Source: an uncultured Methanosarcinales archaeon (GTDB lineage Archaea; Nanobdellota; Nanobdellia; Woesearchaeales; DSVV01). Taken from it: 24,725 nucleotides of DNA. This document shows, piece after piece, positions 1 through 7,888 of this stretch. The stretch covers positions 1 through 24,725 of the forward strand of contig CAZFZC010000001.1 in NCBI GenBank assembly GCA_964523155.1, given 5' to 3'. The position numbers and the translations under genes were made by a program. Every line of letters begins with the position of its first letter. Position 1 is the first letter of the stretch. Under the pieces are notes generated by a model. That model saw nothing but the letters and a program-made list of their open reading frames with translations, was not told where the DNA came from and did no database searches.

Positions 1-921
1 GATTTCAACATAGTCCGGCTTGGCGCCGTATTTGGCAACCTCTCCAGGGGTTCCGGCAACTGCCCCGCCTATCAGAAGCACGTTGAGAGGCCGGCTTAGC
101 TGCGAAAGCGCATAGTGCACTGCTTCCTCGCTGTGCCGTGTGCTGTTGGCTGCAACCAGCGGGACTGAGTTCTGGTATATGCCTATCTGGCCCTCATCCT
201 CTGTAACAACAATGCTTCCGTAAAGGGACTCTTCGTGGTGCACAACACTCTGGCCGGGGTAGAGTTTGTGCATGGTATAGGAATTCACGTCTGCCCCGAT
301 TACGACTGCTGCCGCAAAAAAGGATACCAGAAGGGCAGAGTAGGCAAGCTGCCTGTTCCTGAGCCCAAGGGCAATTGCAAACGCGCAGGCAAGGTTAAGC
401 GCCAGAACAAGAAAAGCTGTGTAAAAGGCGCTTAGGAAGAATACAAGGAAAAATGAGAAAATAACGCCTCCTGCAATGTATCCCATATTGTGTGCCATAT
501 ACACTTTTGCTATGCTTTTTGCGCCCCTGGCCCTGTATCTGGCGCAGGCAATTGTCAGCATTGCCCCAAAAACCATGCAGAACGGCGCAAGGACTGCCAA
601 TGAAAACAAAAAAGCCCCCTTTGGGCCGATAATTGTCCCGGGAAGAAAGAGCACGTTACGCAGAACCCTGACTGAAAAAAGCATAGCAGGAGGCAGGACT
701 GCAACAAGCATCTGGCCAACTGCCAGGGTGCTGTAGCGCGGCTTAACGAACCTTCCGAGGTAAGAGCCAATTCCTGTCAGAAAGAGCCAGTTGGCAAGCA
801 GGATTGCAAGCACAAGCTCATTTGCGCTGATGAAGCCCAGAAACTCGCGCATCATGAGTACCAGGGTAATGACAGAACTTGCTCCCAGCGCAGTGACGCT
901 GGCCATGACGCGCCTGTTCAT
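1..921 (-). CDS. Membrane-fused spermidine synthase / SAM-dependent transferase-like protein (fused MFS/spermidine synthase type), 3'-partial
   Basis: Not in the ORF track because it runs off the window without a stop. Hand translation gives an open frame from in-frame ATGs (939, 927 or 921) to position 1: MNRRVMASVTALGASSVITLVLMMREFL...several hydrophobic helices...SLYGSIVVTEDEGQIGIYQNSVPL...EEAVHYALSQLSRPLNVLLIGGAVAGTPGEVAKYGAKPDYVEI. This has a Rossmann-type VLLIGG motif and the following acidic strand. Start 921 is preferred from TATA spacing. Confidence 0.85.
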   Translation of the reverse strand, partial: MNRRVMASVTALGASSVITLVLMMREFLGFISANELVLAILLANWLFLTGIGSYLGRFVKPRYSTLAVGQMLVAVLPPAMLFSVRVLRNVLFLPGTIIGPKGAFLFSLAVLAPFCMVFGAMLTIACARYRARGAKSIAKVYMAHNMGYIAGGVIFSFFLVFFLSAFYTAFLVLALNLACAFAIALGLRNRQLAYSALLVSFFAAAVVIGADVNSYTMHKLYPGQSVVHHEESLYGSIVVTEDEGQIGIYQNSVPLVAANSTRHSEEAVHYALSQLSRPLNVLLIGGAVAGTPGEVAKYGAKPDYVEI

Positions 922-942
922 ATTCATAATGCCGGGCATGGA

Positions 943-997
943 TTATATAAAGGTAGCGATGCCTGCTGCCTGCTGCAGAGCCAAAAAGTTTTATATA
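943..997. promoter_or_regulatory. Back-to-back archaeal TATA boxes for divergent, probably leaderless genes
   Basis: TTTATATAA on the minus strand (943-951) lies about 25 nt from ATG 921. AAAAAG-TTTTATATA on the plus strand (983-997) lies about 25 nt from ATG 1020. Confidence 0.7.
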
Positions 998-1019
998 GGA
1001 TTGCCAGAAACAGGAAGAG

Positions 1020-2066
1020 ATGGCTCTCACTACACGCGAATACGCCAGAATCAGGGGTGAGCTTGACTCCTGCAAAAACCCGCTGTACTTCTTCCACGAC
1101 GACCCTGATGGGCTGTGCTCGTTCCTGCAGTTATACATGTACAAGCAGGAAGGCTACGGCGTGATTGTCAAGAGCCGGCCGCTGATAGACCGCAAGTTCC
1201 TTGGCAAGGTGTCAAACTACAGCCCTGACAGGATATTCGTTCTTGACATTGCAATGATGGAGCAGGAGTTTGCTGACGAGGCCAGAACAGGCATTGTCTG
1301 GATTGACCACCACCAGGTTCAGGACCTGCACAAGGTGCTGTATTTCAACCCCAGGAAGCATGGGCACAGCAGGTGCGTATCATACCTTACGTACAGGGCT
1401 GTCAGAAAGAGCCTCTGGATTGCAGTAGTCGGCTGCATAAGCGACATGGACTGGCCGGATGACCTTGTGGGGGAGTTCAGGGAAAAATACCCCGGGCTTT
1501 TGCCCGCCTCAGTTAATGACCCAAGGGCTGCGCTCTACACGTCACCAGCAGGGGCCCTGGCCAGGATTTTCTCAAACATCCTCAAGGGCTCAAGCAGCGA
1601 TGCCATGAAGTATGTAAAGGCAATGACCAGGATAGAATCACCTTACGAAATCCTCAACCAGGATAACGCGAGGGCACGCTTCATATTCAGGAGGCACGAG
1701 CAGATAGAGCGGGAATACAGGATGCTTCTGGCACAGGCAAAAAAAAGAGTGGGGAAAAAAACTGTTATCTACATTTACCCTGACAGCAAGATTGCGTTCT
1801 CAAGCGACCTTGCAAACGAGATGGCATACCTGCACCCGGACAAGCTGGTCATAATAGGCAGGGAAAAGAACGGGGAAATCAAGTGCAGCATCCGAACGGA
1901 AAAGATGGACATACCTGCGGCAATTGAAAAAGCCCTTGCAGGCCTCAGGGGCTACGGCGGGGGACACGAGCACGCAGCCGGCTGCGTTATTGCACAGGAG
2001 GATTATGCTGCATGGGAAAAGCGGATGCGGGCAACATGGAAACGCGCGGCAGACGGCGCAGCATAG
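1020..2066 (+). CDS. DHH/DHHA1 family phosphoesterase (RecJ/NrnA-like)
   Basis: Motifs FHDDPDG, VLDIA, WIDHH and C-terminal GYGGGHEHAAG; 348 aa. Confidence 0.9.
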   Translation: MALTTREYARIRGELDSCKNPLYFFHDDPDGLCSFLQLYMYKQEGYGVIVKSRPLIDRKFLGKVSNYSPDRIFVLDIAMMEQEFADEARTGIVWIDHHQVQDLHKVLYFNPRKHGHSRCVSYLTYRAVRKSLWIAVVGCISDMDWPDDLVGEFREKYPGLLPASVNDPRAALYTSPAGALARIFSNILKGSSSDAMKYVKAMTRIESPYEILNQDNARARFIFRRHEQIEREYRMLLAQAKKRVGKKTVIYIYPDSKIAFSSDLANEMAYLHPDKLVIIGREKNGEIKCSIRTEKMDIPAAIEKALAGLRGYGGGHEHAAGCVIAQEDYAAWEKRMRATWKRAADGAA

Positions 2067-2117
2067 GCATCCCCCGGCGAGTATCCGTCTGTGCACAGCC
2101 GCCGCGCAGGGGTTAGA

Positions 2118-2125
2118 TTTATAAA
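2118..2125 (+). promoter_or_regulatory. TATA box of tRNA-Gly
   Basis: TTTATAAA about 26-33 nt upstream of tRNA nucleotide 1 (2151). Confidence 0.7.
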
Positions 2126-2150
2126 CATCCGGCAGAAACCAAAGAAACCT

Positions 2151-2375
2151 GCGCCGGTGGTCTAACGGCTACAGCCTTTTAGGAAAAGGCTGGCGAAAGC
2201 TGGTGGGTTGTCTCACTTCCTTTGCCAAGCCCACTAAGAAAGGGCTGCTGTAAATGACTGCGGCCTTCCATAATTTGCGGGGCAAATCTTGCTTCGCAAA
2301 GCGAAGCAAGCCGCATATCCGGGTTCAAAAACGGCACCGGGCTTCTGCGGGCCATTGAAAGTCCCGGCCGGCGCA
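2151..2375 (+). tRNA. tRNA-Gly(TCC) precursor with three introns: 2171-2253 (83 nt, site 20a/21), 2271-2308 (38 nt, 37/38), 2330-2361 (32 nt, 59/60)
   Basis: Removing the three segments gives a 72-nt cloverleaf: GCGCCGG TG GTCT AACGGCTA TGAC T GCGGC CT-TCC-AA GCCGC ATAT CCGGG TTCAAAT CCCGG CCGGCGC A. Each junction forms a BHB or BHL motif with central helices ACGG/CTGT, CTTC/GAAG and TTCA/TGAA. CCA is not encoded. Confidence 0.93.
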
Positions 2376-2384
2376 TTTTTTCTT
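2376..2384 (+). terminator. T-tract terminator after tRNA-Gly
   Basis: TTTTTTCTT immediately after discriminator A73. Confidence 0.55.
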
Positions 2385-2430
2385 CCTGCTTAAAGCAAAT
2401 TTTATATATAACGGCAGAAGCTCCAGGACA

Positions 2431-2661
2431 ATGGCATTTGACCCAAACCTGGACAAGGAGCTCTCAAGCGAGAGCGTGGAGTTTGAAGGAACAAGAATAA
2501 GCGTAAAAGTCATGAGCTACAACGACGGCCCGCCGAAGATGCAGCTGTCACGCGAAAACAAGAGAAATGACGAGTACGCGTTTACCAAGCTGGGCAGGCT
2601 GACAAAGGAAGAGGCAGGCGCCATCATTCCGCTTATGCAGCGCGGCCTGGAGCATATGTAA
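2431..2661 (+). CDS. Small PC4/YdbC-like single-stranded nucleic-acid-binding protein
   Basis: SYNDGPPKMQLSRE...FTKLGRLTKEEA resembles the PC4-fold pattern (SWNGxPPKxDLR...KxGxLTxEE). TATA TTTATATATA lies at about 2400-2410. Confidence 0.6.
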   Translation: MAFDPNLDKELSSESVEFEGTRISVKVMSYNDGPPKMQLSRENKRNDEYAFTKLGRLTKEEAGAIIPLMQRGLEHM

Positions 2662-2816
2662 TGGCATGCGTCCACGATTACAGGCTCCTGGAGCATGCCT
2701 TTGCGCCTGACGGCGCTAGGGTGTGGGTCTTCTTCTGCACAAAGTGCCTTGACCTGCAGGAAGTGGGCAAGTCTCCAAGGTTTCGCTACCCAAGCGACAA
2801 GCACAGGATAGGCTAG
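2661..2816 (+). CDS. 51-aa zinc-finger-like microprotein (CxH-x20-CxxC)
   Basis: Hand translation MACVHDYRLLEHAFAPDGARVWVFFCTKCLDLQEVGKSPRFRYPSDKHRIG*. The ATG overlaps the upstream stop (TAATG) and the ORF fills the gap to the rnhB promoter. It is below the ORF-track size cutoff. Confidence 0.7.
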   Translation: MACVHDYRLLEHAFAPDGARVWVFFCTKCLDLQEVGKSPRFRYPSDKHRIG

Positions 2817-2855
2817 CGCAAACTATATAACCCCCCTTGCCAATCATTCCCTGCA

Positions 2856-3497
2856 ATGAAAATTCTCGGCATTGACGAGGCGGGGCGCGGGCCCCTTATA
2901 GGCCCACTGGTAATTGCCGGCGCCCTGGTTGATGAAAAAGGCTACCCCGGGCTGCTCGCCCTAAAGCTTCGGGACAGCAAGCAGTACACTGCAAAGAAAA
3001 GGGAGGAGCTTTACCCAGCCATTGCCGCACTGCTGGAAAGCTATGAGATAATCATTGTACCGCCGTCAGAGATTGATGCTGCCCTGGCAGACCCGGCAAG
3101 CAACCTGAACTGGCTTGAGGCGCAGAAAATGATAGAGCTCTGGGACCGGTTCAGGCCAGGCAGGCTAATCGCTGACTGCCCCAGCAACAACATCGGCAGG
3201 TTCACTGAATACGTCAGGAACCGTATTGACCAAAATACTGAGCTTGTGTTTGAGCACAGGGCTGATGAGAACCACGCAATTGTGTCAGCAGCCTCAATCC
3301 TTGCCAAGGTTACCAGGGACCGCTCGATTGAAAACCTGAAAAAGGTCTACGGCGATTTCGGCTCAGGATACCTCGCTGACCCCAAAACACAGGCTTTTCT
3401 CAGGAAGGATTACAGGCTTCCAATTTACAGGAAAAGCTGGACGACCTGGAAGCGCTTGAGCAGGGAGCAAAACCAGAAACATCTCAAGGATTTCTGA
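2856..3497 (+). CDS. rnhB: Ribonuclease HII
   Basis: GIDEAGRGPLIGPLV, LRDSKQ, IADC, EHRADENHAIVSAASILAKVTRD, GSGYLAD; upstream TATA (CTATATAA at about 2823-2830). Confidence 0.97.
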   Translation: MKILGIDEAGRGPLIGPLVIAGALVDEKGYPGLLALKLRDSKQYTAKKREELYPAIAALLESYEIIIVPPSEIDAALADPASNLNWLEAQKMIELWDRFRPGRLIADCPSNNIGRFTEYVRNRIDQNTELVFEHRADENHAIVSAASILAKVTRDRSIENLKKVYGDFGSGYLADPKTQAFLRKDYRLPIYRKSWTTWKRLSREQNQKHLKDF

Positions 3498-3539
3498 TGT
3501 GCAAAATAAATTAACCGAAAACTTCTATAAGCACCACAA

Positions 3540-3623
3540 TGTTAAATTTATTAACACACATTTAGCCTTGTTGCATTTTCCAGGCGACAAGAACACGCAA
3601 AATCCTTGTTAATACAAATAACA
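3540..3623. promoter_or_regulatory. Two copies of the palindrome TGTTA-N7-TAACA in the AT-rich region upstream of smc
   Basis: TGTTA-AATTTAT-TAACA at 3540-3556 and TGTTA-ATACAAA-TAACA at 3607-3623. The smc TATA (TTTATATA) is at about 3690-3697. Confidence 0.55.
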
Positions 3624-3740
3624 AAAAAGATTAATTCTTACTATTCAGTTAATTAATAAAACATAAAACACAGGAAAGGCAATCAAAACCTTTATATACT
3701 CGGAAAAATTGAACTGGACCTGTTTTTCAGGCGAAAATCT

Positions 3741-6700
3741 ATGACAAGGATTAACAGGATGGTGATGAAGGGCTTTAAGTCCTTCGGCAAGCGCGTGGAG
3801 CTCGAGTTCGGGCCGCACTTCAACTGCGTGCTCGGTCCCAATGGCGCCGGAAAGAGCAATGTTCTTGACGCCCTCTGTTTTGTCCTTGGCAAGGGCTCAG
3901 CAAAGGGCCTTCGGGCAGACAAGGCTGCAAACCTTATCTACAACGGCGGCAAGAAGAAGGAGCCGGCAAAGCAGGGCGAGGTAAGCATCTACTTTGACAA
4001 CAGCAAGAAAACCTTTCCAACTGAAGATGACTTCGTGAAGATTACAAGGATAATCAGGGGCAGCGGCCAGAGCATCTACAGGATAAACGACCAGAAGCGG
4101 ACCAGGCAGGAGATACTCGACCTTCTTGCAATAGCAAACATTGACCCTGACAGCTACAACATTGTGCTGCAGGGAGACATTGTGCGCCTTGTTGAGATGG
4201 GTCCTGTTGAGCGCAGGCTGATTATTGAGGACATTGCCGGAATTAGCCAGTACGAGGAAAAGAAGAACAAGGCGCTAAACGAGCTTAAAAAGGTTGAGGA
4301 GAAACTGGGCGAGGCGCACATAATCCTTTCTGAAAGGAAGACCTACCTCAAAGAGCTCAAGAAGGACAGGGACCAGGCAATGCAATACAAGGAAGTCGCA
4401 GACAGCCTGAAACGGGCAAAGGCCACCTACAACCACCTGCGGAGAAAAGAGCGGGAAGAGAGGCTTGGGAAGCTTGCAAAGCAGATAGAAAAGCACCATG
4501 CACAGATTAAGGCGGGCGAGGAGGAGATTGCAGGGCTCAAGAAGGAGGTTGCGGAGAAGAAGAACAGGATAAGCCAGCTCACCAGGGAAATCGAGGAGAA
4601 GGGTGAGAAGGAGCAGGTCCGGATAATGAAGGACATTGAAAAGCTCAGGATTGACATTGCCACAAACAGGACAAGGATATCATCAGACGAAAACGAGATT
4701 ATGCGGATACAGGAAAGGAAAAAACAGCTCCAGGCAAGCATCTTTGAGCTGGACGAGCGGACAGAGGAGCAGGCAGAGAAGAAGAATGCGCTTGAGAAGC
4801 AGAAAGCAGAATGGCAAAAGCAGCTCGGCTATATTGAAGGCAGGATTGCGCAGTTCCGCAAAAAGCACAAAATCGAGGACTCCAACCAGATGGAGCTGGA
4901 CATGGACAGGCTGGATGAGAAGGCAGAAGCGCTGCAAAAGGAGCTTGAGTCGCTTCGCGAGGAGCAGCAGAACCTCCTGCGCGAGAAGGACAGGACAGAG
5001 ATGTACCTCAGGGGCATTGATGAGCGGATTGCAAAGGTGCTTGAGATTGAGAAGGAGCACAGGTCAGATGTTCTGAAGCTAAAGCAGAAGAGGGCCGACT
5101 TCAAGAGCACAACCCTTGAGCTAAACAGCCTGCTGAACGAGGACAGCGCGCTTGCAGCCCAGCTGGGAAATGCCAGGGCAAAGCTTGCATCTGCCCAGGA
5201 CGAGCTCTCAAAGCTTAGGGCAAGAAGCGGATCTATACAGCAGAAGCTTGCTGACTCAATTGCGGTCAAGAGCATAATGGACAGGAAGGGCTCGCTTGGA
5301 AATGTTTACGGCAGCATCTCAGACCTGGGAAAGGTACCTTCAAAATACTCGCTTGCGCTGCAGGTTGCTGCGGGGCCGCGCATAAAGAGCCTTGTGGTTG
5401 ACACGGACAAGACAGCTGCCGCCTGCATCAAGTACCTGAAGAAAAACAGGCTGGGAACAGCAGCCTTTCTGCCGCTGAACAAGATAAAGGGCACTGAAAA
5501 GGAGCCTGATGCTGCCGTGCTCAGAACCCAGGGCGTCCAGGGAAAGGCAATCGATTTGATTGACTTTGACAGCAAATTCAAAAACGCCTTCAGGTACGTC
5601 TTTGGCAGCACAATTGTGGTTGAGAACATTGATGTTGCAAGGCGCGTTGGCGTGGGAACAGTCAGGATGGTTACACTTGACGGAGACATTGTTGAACTAT
5701 CCGGCGCGATGCACGGCGGCTACCGCCAGAAGGCAGCAGGCCTTGCATTCCAGGAGAAGGAGGTTCTTGCAGGCATCAGGGAAAAGGAGAAGGCTGCAGC
5801 AGACCTTGAGCTTCTCGTTTTGGGGATAGACAAAAAAAGGGCCGACGCCCAGGCAAGGATTCAGAGGCTGCGGGAGCACAAGGCTGCACTTGAGGGAGAG
5901 ATAATCAAGGGCGAAAAGTCCCTGCACCTGGAGTCAGGCGACCTGGACGCGTCCAGAAAGGAGAAAAAGGAATATGCTGCGGCTCAGAAGGAAACAGAGA
6001 AGAAGCTTGCCGCAGTTTCGCAGAAAGTCACTTCTGCGCTAAAGGAGCTGACTTCAATCAAGGTCAGGAAGCAGGAGCTCAGAAACAAAATTTCCGAGAT
6101 GCGGAGCCCGACAGTCCTTGCAGAGCTCAACACCTTTGAGCAGAAAAAGGCAGAGCTCAAGGAGCAGCTTATACGCTCTGACTCCGAGATAAAGAGCGCC
6201 AGCATGCAGACTGCAAACATCCTTCTGCCAGAGAAGGAAAAAATAGCAAAGATACTGGGCCAGCTCGACAAGGAGGAGAAAAGCTTCACTGCGGAAATTG
6301 CCGGCCTCGGGGCAAAGATAAGGCTGCAGGAGAAGGAGCTTGCCCAGAAGGAAAAGCTCCAGAAGCAGTTCTACGGAAAATACAAGGGGCTGTTCCAGGA
6401 AAAGGACAGGGCGAACGAGGCGCTCCAGAGGCTTGAGAACAGGATTATCAAAACTGAGGAGGCCATACGGGGCAGCGAGCAGAAGAGCAATGTGCTGAGC
6501 GTGGATGCTGCCGCAATCAAGGCTGAGCTTGCCGGACTCAGGGAGGAGGCTGCAAAATATGCAGGTGTCCAGCTTTACAGGGGCAAAGGCGAAGAGGAGC
6601 TCAGGAAGGAAATATGGCAGATGGAGCGCACAATGGAGCAGGCGGGAAACATAAACATGCGCGCCCTTGAGGTCTACGACGAAATTGAGAAGGAATACAA

Positions 6701-7232
6701 CTCGCTTATCGAGAAGCAGGACAAGCTAACCCAGGAGAAGGAAGAGGTTCTCGTCATGATAAACGAGATTGAAACAAAAAAGAAGGACCAATTCATGGAA
6801 ACGTTTGGCCTTGTGGACAAGAATTTCCAGATGATGTTTGGGAACCTCACCACAAAGGGCGAGGCTTTCCTCGAGCTGGAGAACCCCAAGGACCCGCTGG
6901 CTGAGGGCCTTAGGATAAAGGTCAGGATATCAGGAAAAAAATTCCTTGACATAAGAAGCCTCTCGGGCGGGGAGAAAACCCTGACTGCCCTTGCCTTCAT
7001 TTTTGCAATCCAGGAGTTTGAGCCTGCCTCATTTTACGTGCTCGACGAGGTAGACGCTGCGCTTGACAAAAGGAACAGCGAAAAGCTGGCCGGCCTTATA
7101 GAGAGCTACTCCAAAAAGGCCCAGTACATACTAATCAGCCACAATGACACGATAATTTCCAAGGCGGACACGCTTTACGGCATATCAATGGACGAAAACA
7201 GCATGAGCAAGGTTGTCACGCTTAAGCTGTGA
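3741..7232 (+). CDS. smc: Chromosome segregation protein SMC
   Basis: KGFKSF, Walker A GPNGAGKSN, long coiled coils, hinge (VTLDGD..SGAMHGG), signature LSGGEK, Walker B/D-loop LDEVDAALD, ISHN; 1163 aa. Confidence 0.98.
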   Translation: MTRINRMVMKGFKSFGKRVELEFGPHFNCVLGPNGAGKSNVLDALCFVLGKGSAKGLRADKAANLIYNGGKKKEPAKQGEVSIYFDNSKKTFPTEDDFVKITRIIRGSGQSIYRINDQKRTRQEILDLLAIANIDPDSYNIVLQGDIVRLVEMGPVERRLIIEDIAGISQYEEKKNKALNELKKVEEKLGEAHIILSERKTYLKELKKDRDQAMQYKEVADSLKRAKATYNHLRRKEREERLGKLAKQIEKHHAQIKAGEEEIAGLKKEVAEKKNRISQLTREIEEKGEKEQVRIMKDIEKLRIDIATNRTRISSDENEIMRIQERKKQLQASIFELDERTEEQAEKKNALEKQKAEWQKQLGYIEGRIAQFRKKHKIEDSNQMELDMDRLDEKAEALQKELESLREEQQNLLREKDRTEMYLRGIDERIAKVLEIEKEHRSDVLKLKQKRADFKSTTLELNSLLNEDSALAAQLGNARAKLASAQDELSKLRARSGSIQQKLADSIAVKSIMDRKGSLGNVYGSISDLGKVPSKYSLALQVAAGPRIKSLVVDTDKTAAACIKYLKKNRLGTAAFLPLNKIKGTEKEPDAAVLRTQGVQGKAIDLIDFDSKFKNAFRYVFGSTIVVENIDVARRVGVGTVRMVTLDGDIVELSGAMHGGYRQKAAGLAFQEKEVLAGIREKEKAAADLELLVLGIDKKRADAQARIQRLREHKAALEGEIIKGEKSLHLESGDLDASRKEKKEYAAAQKETEKKLAAVSQKVTSALKELTSIKVRKQELRNKISEMRSPTVLAELNTFEQKKAELKEQLIRSDSEIKSASMQTANILLPEKEKIAKILGQLDKEEKSFTAEIAGLGAKIRLQEKELAQKEKLQKQFYGKYKGLFQEKDRANEALQRLENRIIKTEEAIRGSEQKSNVLSVDAAAIKAELAGLREEAAKYAGVQLYRGKGEEELRKEIWQMERTMEQAGNINMRALEVYDEIEKEYNSLIEKQDKLTQEKEEVLVMINEIETKKKDQFMETFGLVDKNFQMMFGNLTTKGEAFLELENPKDPLAEGLRIKVRISGKKFLDIRSLSGGEKTLTALAFIFAIQEFEPASFYVLDEVDAALDKRNSEKLAGLIESYSKKAQYILISHNDTIISKADTLYGISMDENSMSKVVTLKL

Positions 7233-7269
7233 GGAACTATGCAAAAACACAATCCGGAGAGGTGCAAAG

Positions 7270-7887
7270 ATGACTGCAAAAAAACTGACAGAAATTGAGT
7301 TTGACGCGCTCAGGGAGACAGCAAACATTGGTGCCGGAAACGCCTCAATTGCGCTCTCAAAAATCGTGAAGAAAACAGTGAACCTGAGGATAACTAACCT
7401 TGCGCTTCTGGCTATTGACCAGCTCAAGGGCCGTATTGGCCAGCCGCACAAGCTGTATGTCGGCGTTTTCACCCCCATCAGGTCCGGGCTGGGCGGCAGC
7501 ATTGCAATCATGCTTGAGAAAGCCAGTGCCCTGGGCCTTGCAGACCAGGTTATCGGAGCCAGGAAAAGGACGGGCGAAAAGCTCAGCCCAAGGGACAAGG
7601 ACAGCCTCAGGGATGTTGGCATGGCAATAACAAACAACTATGTTGAGTCGCTTAACAGGTTCCTTGACCTCAGGCTAAGGCTGGATGAGGCGGAAATCGC
7701 CACTTCGCTTGGCGCTTCTGCAATGGATGTGCTTACAGCAAACCTTGACCCGGGCGCCAGAGATGTCCTTCTTATCAATACTGACTTCGGGATACATGAG
7801 ACTGACATCAGCGGAAGCTTTATTCTGCTCCTCCCGGTAAGGGACGCAGACGTAATGCTCAGGGCGCTTGACAAAAAGATCAGATAG
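7270..7887 (+). CDS. cheC: CheC-like chemotaxis phosphatase family protein (partly degenerate)
   Basis: DALRETANIGAGNASIALS matches the CheC D-x3-E-x2-N motif, and the two-repeat layout is present. Start moved from 7213 to ATG 7270, which follows GGAGAGGTG. Confidence 0.75.
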   Translation: MTAKKLTEIEFDALRETANIGAGNASIALSKIVKKTVNLRITNLALLAIDQLKGRIGQPHKLYVGVFTPIRSGLGGSIAIMLEKASALGLADQVIGARKRTGEKLSPRDKDSLRDVGMAITNNYVESLNRFLDLRLRLDEAEIATSLGASAMDVLTANLDPGARDVLLINTDFGIHETDISGSFILLLPVRDADVMLRALDKKIR

Positions 7888-7888
7888 T

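Noticed and set aside
1739-1761. A8 and A7 tracts in the DHH gene as phase-variation sites
   Set aside because: The frame is intact and the tracts simply encode a Lys-rich stretch (AKKRVGKK).
2171-2253. C/D-box guide RNA or K-turn inside the 83-nt tRNA intron, as in archaeal tRNA-Trp
   Set aside because: No RTGATGA or CTGA boxes are present, and the tandem G-A geometry did not fit.
2179-2513. ORFs 2179-2376 and 2325-2513 on the minus strand
   Set aside because: They lie antisense to the tRNA-Gly precursor and the PC4-like gene.
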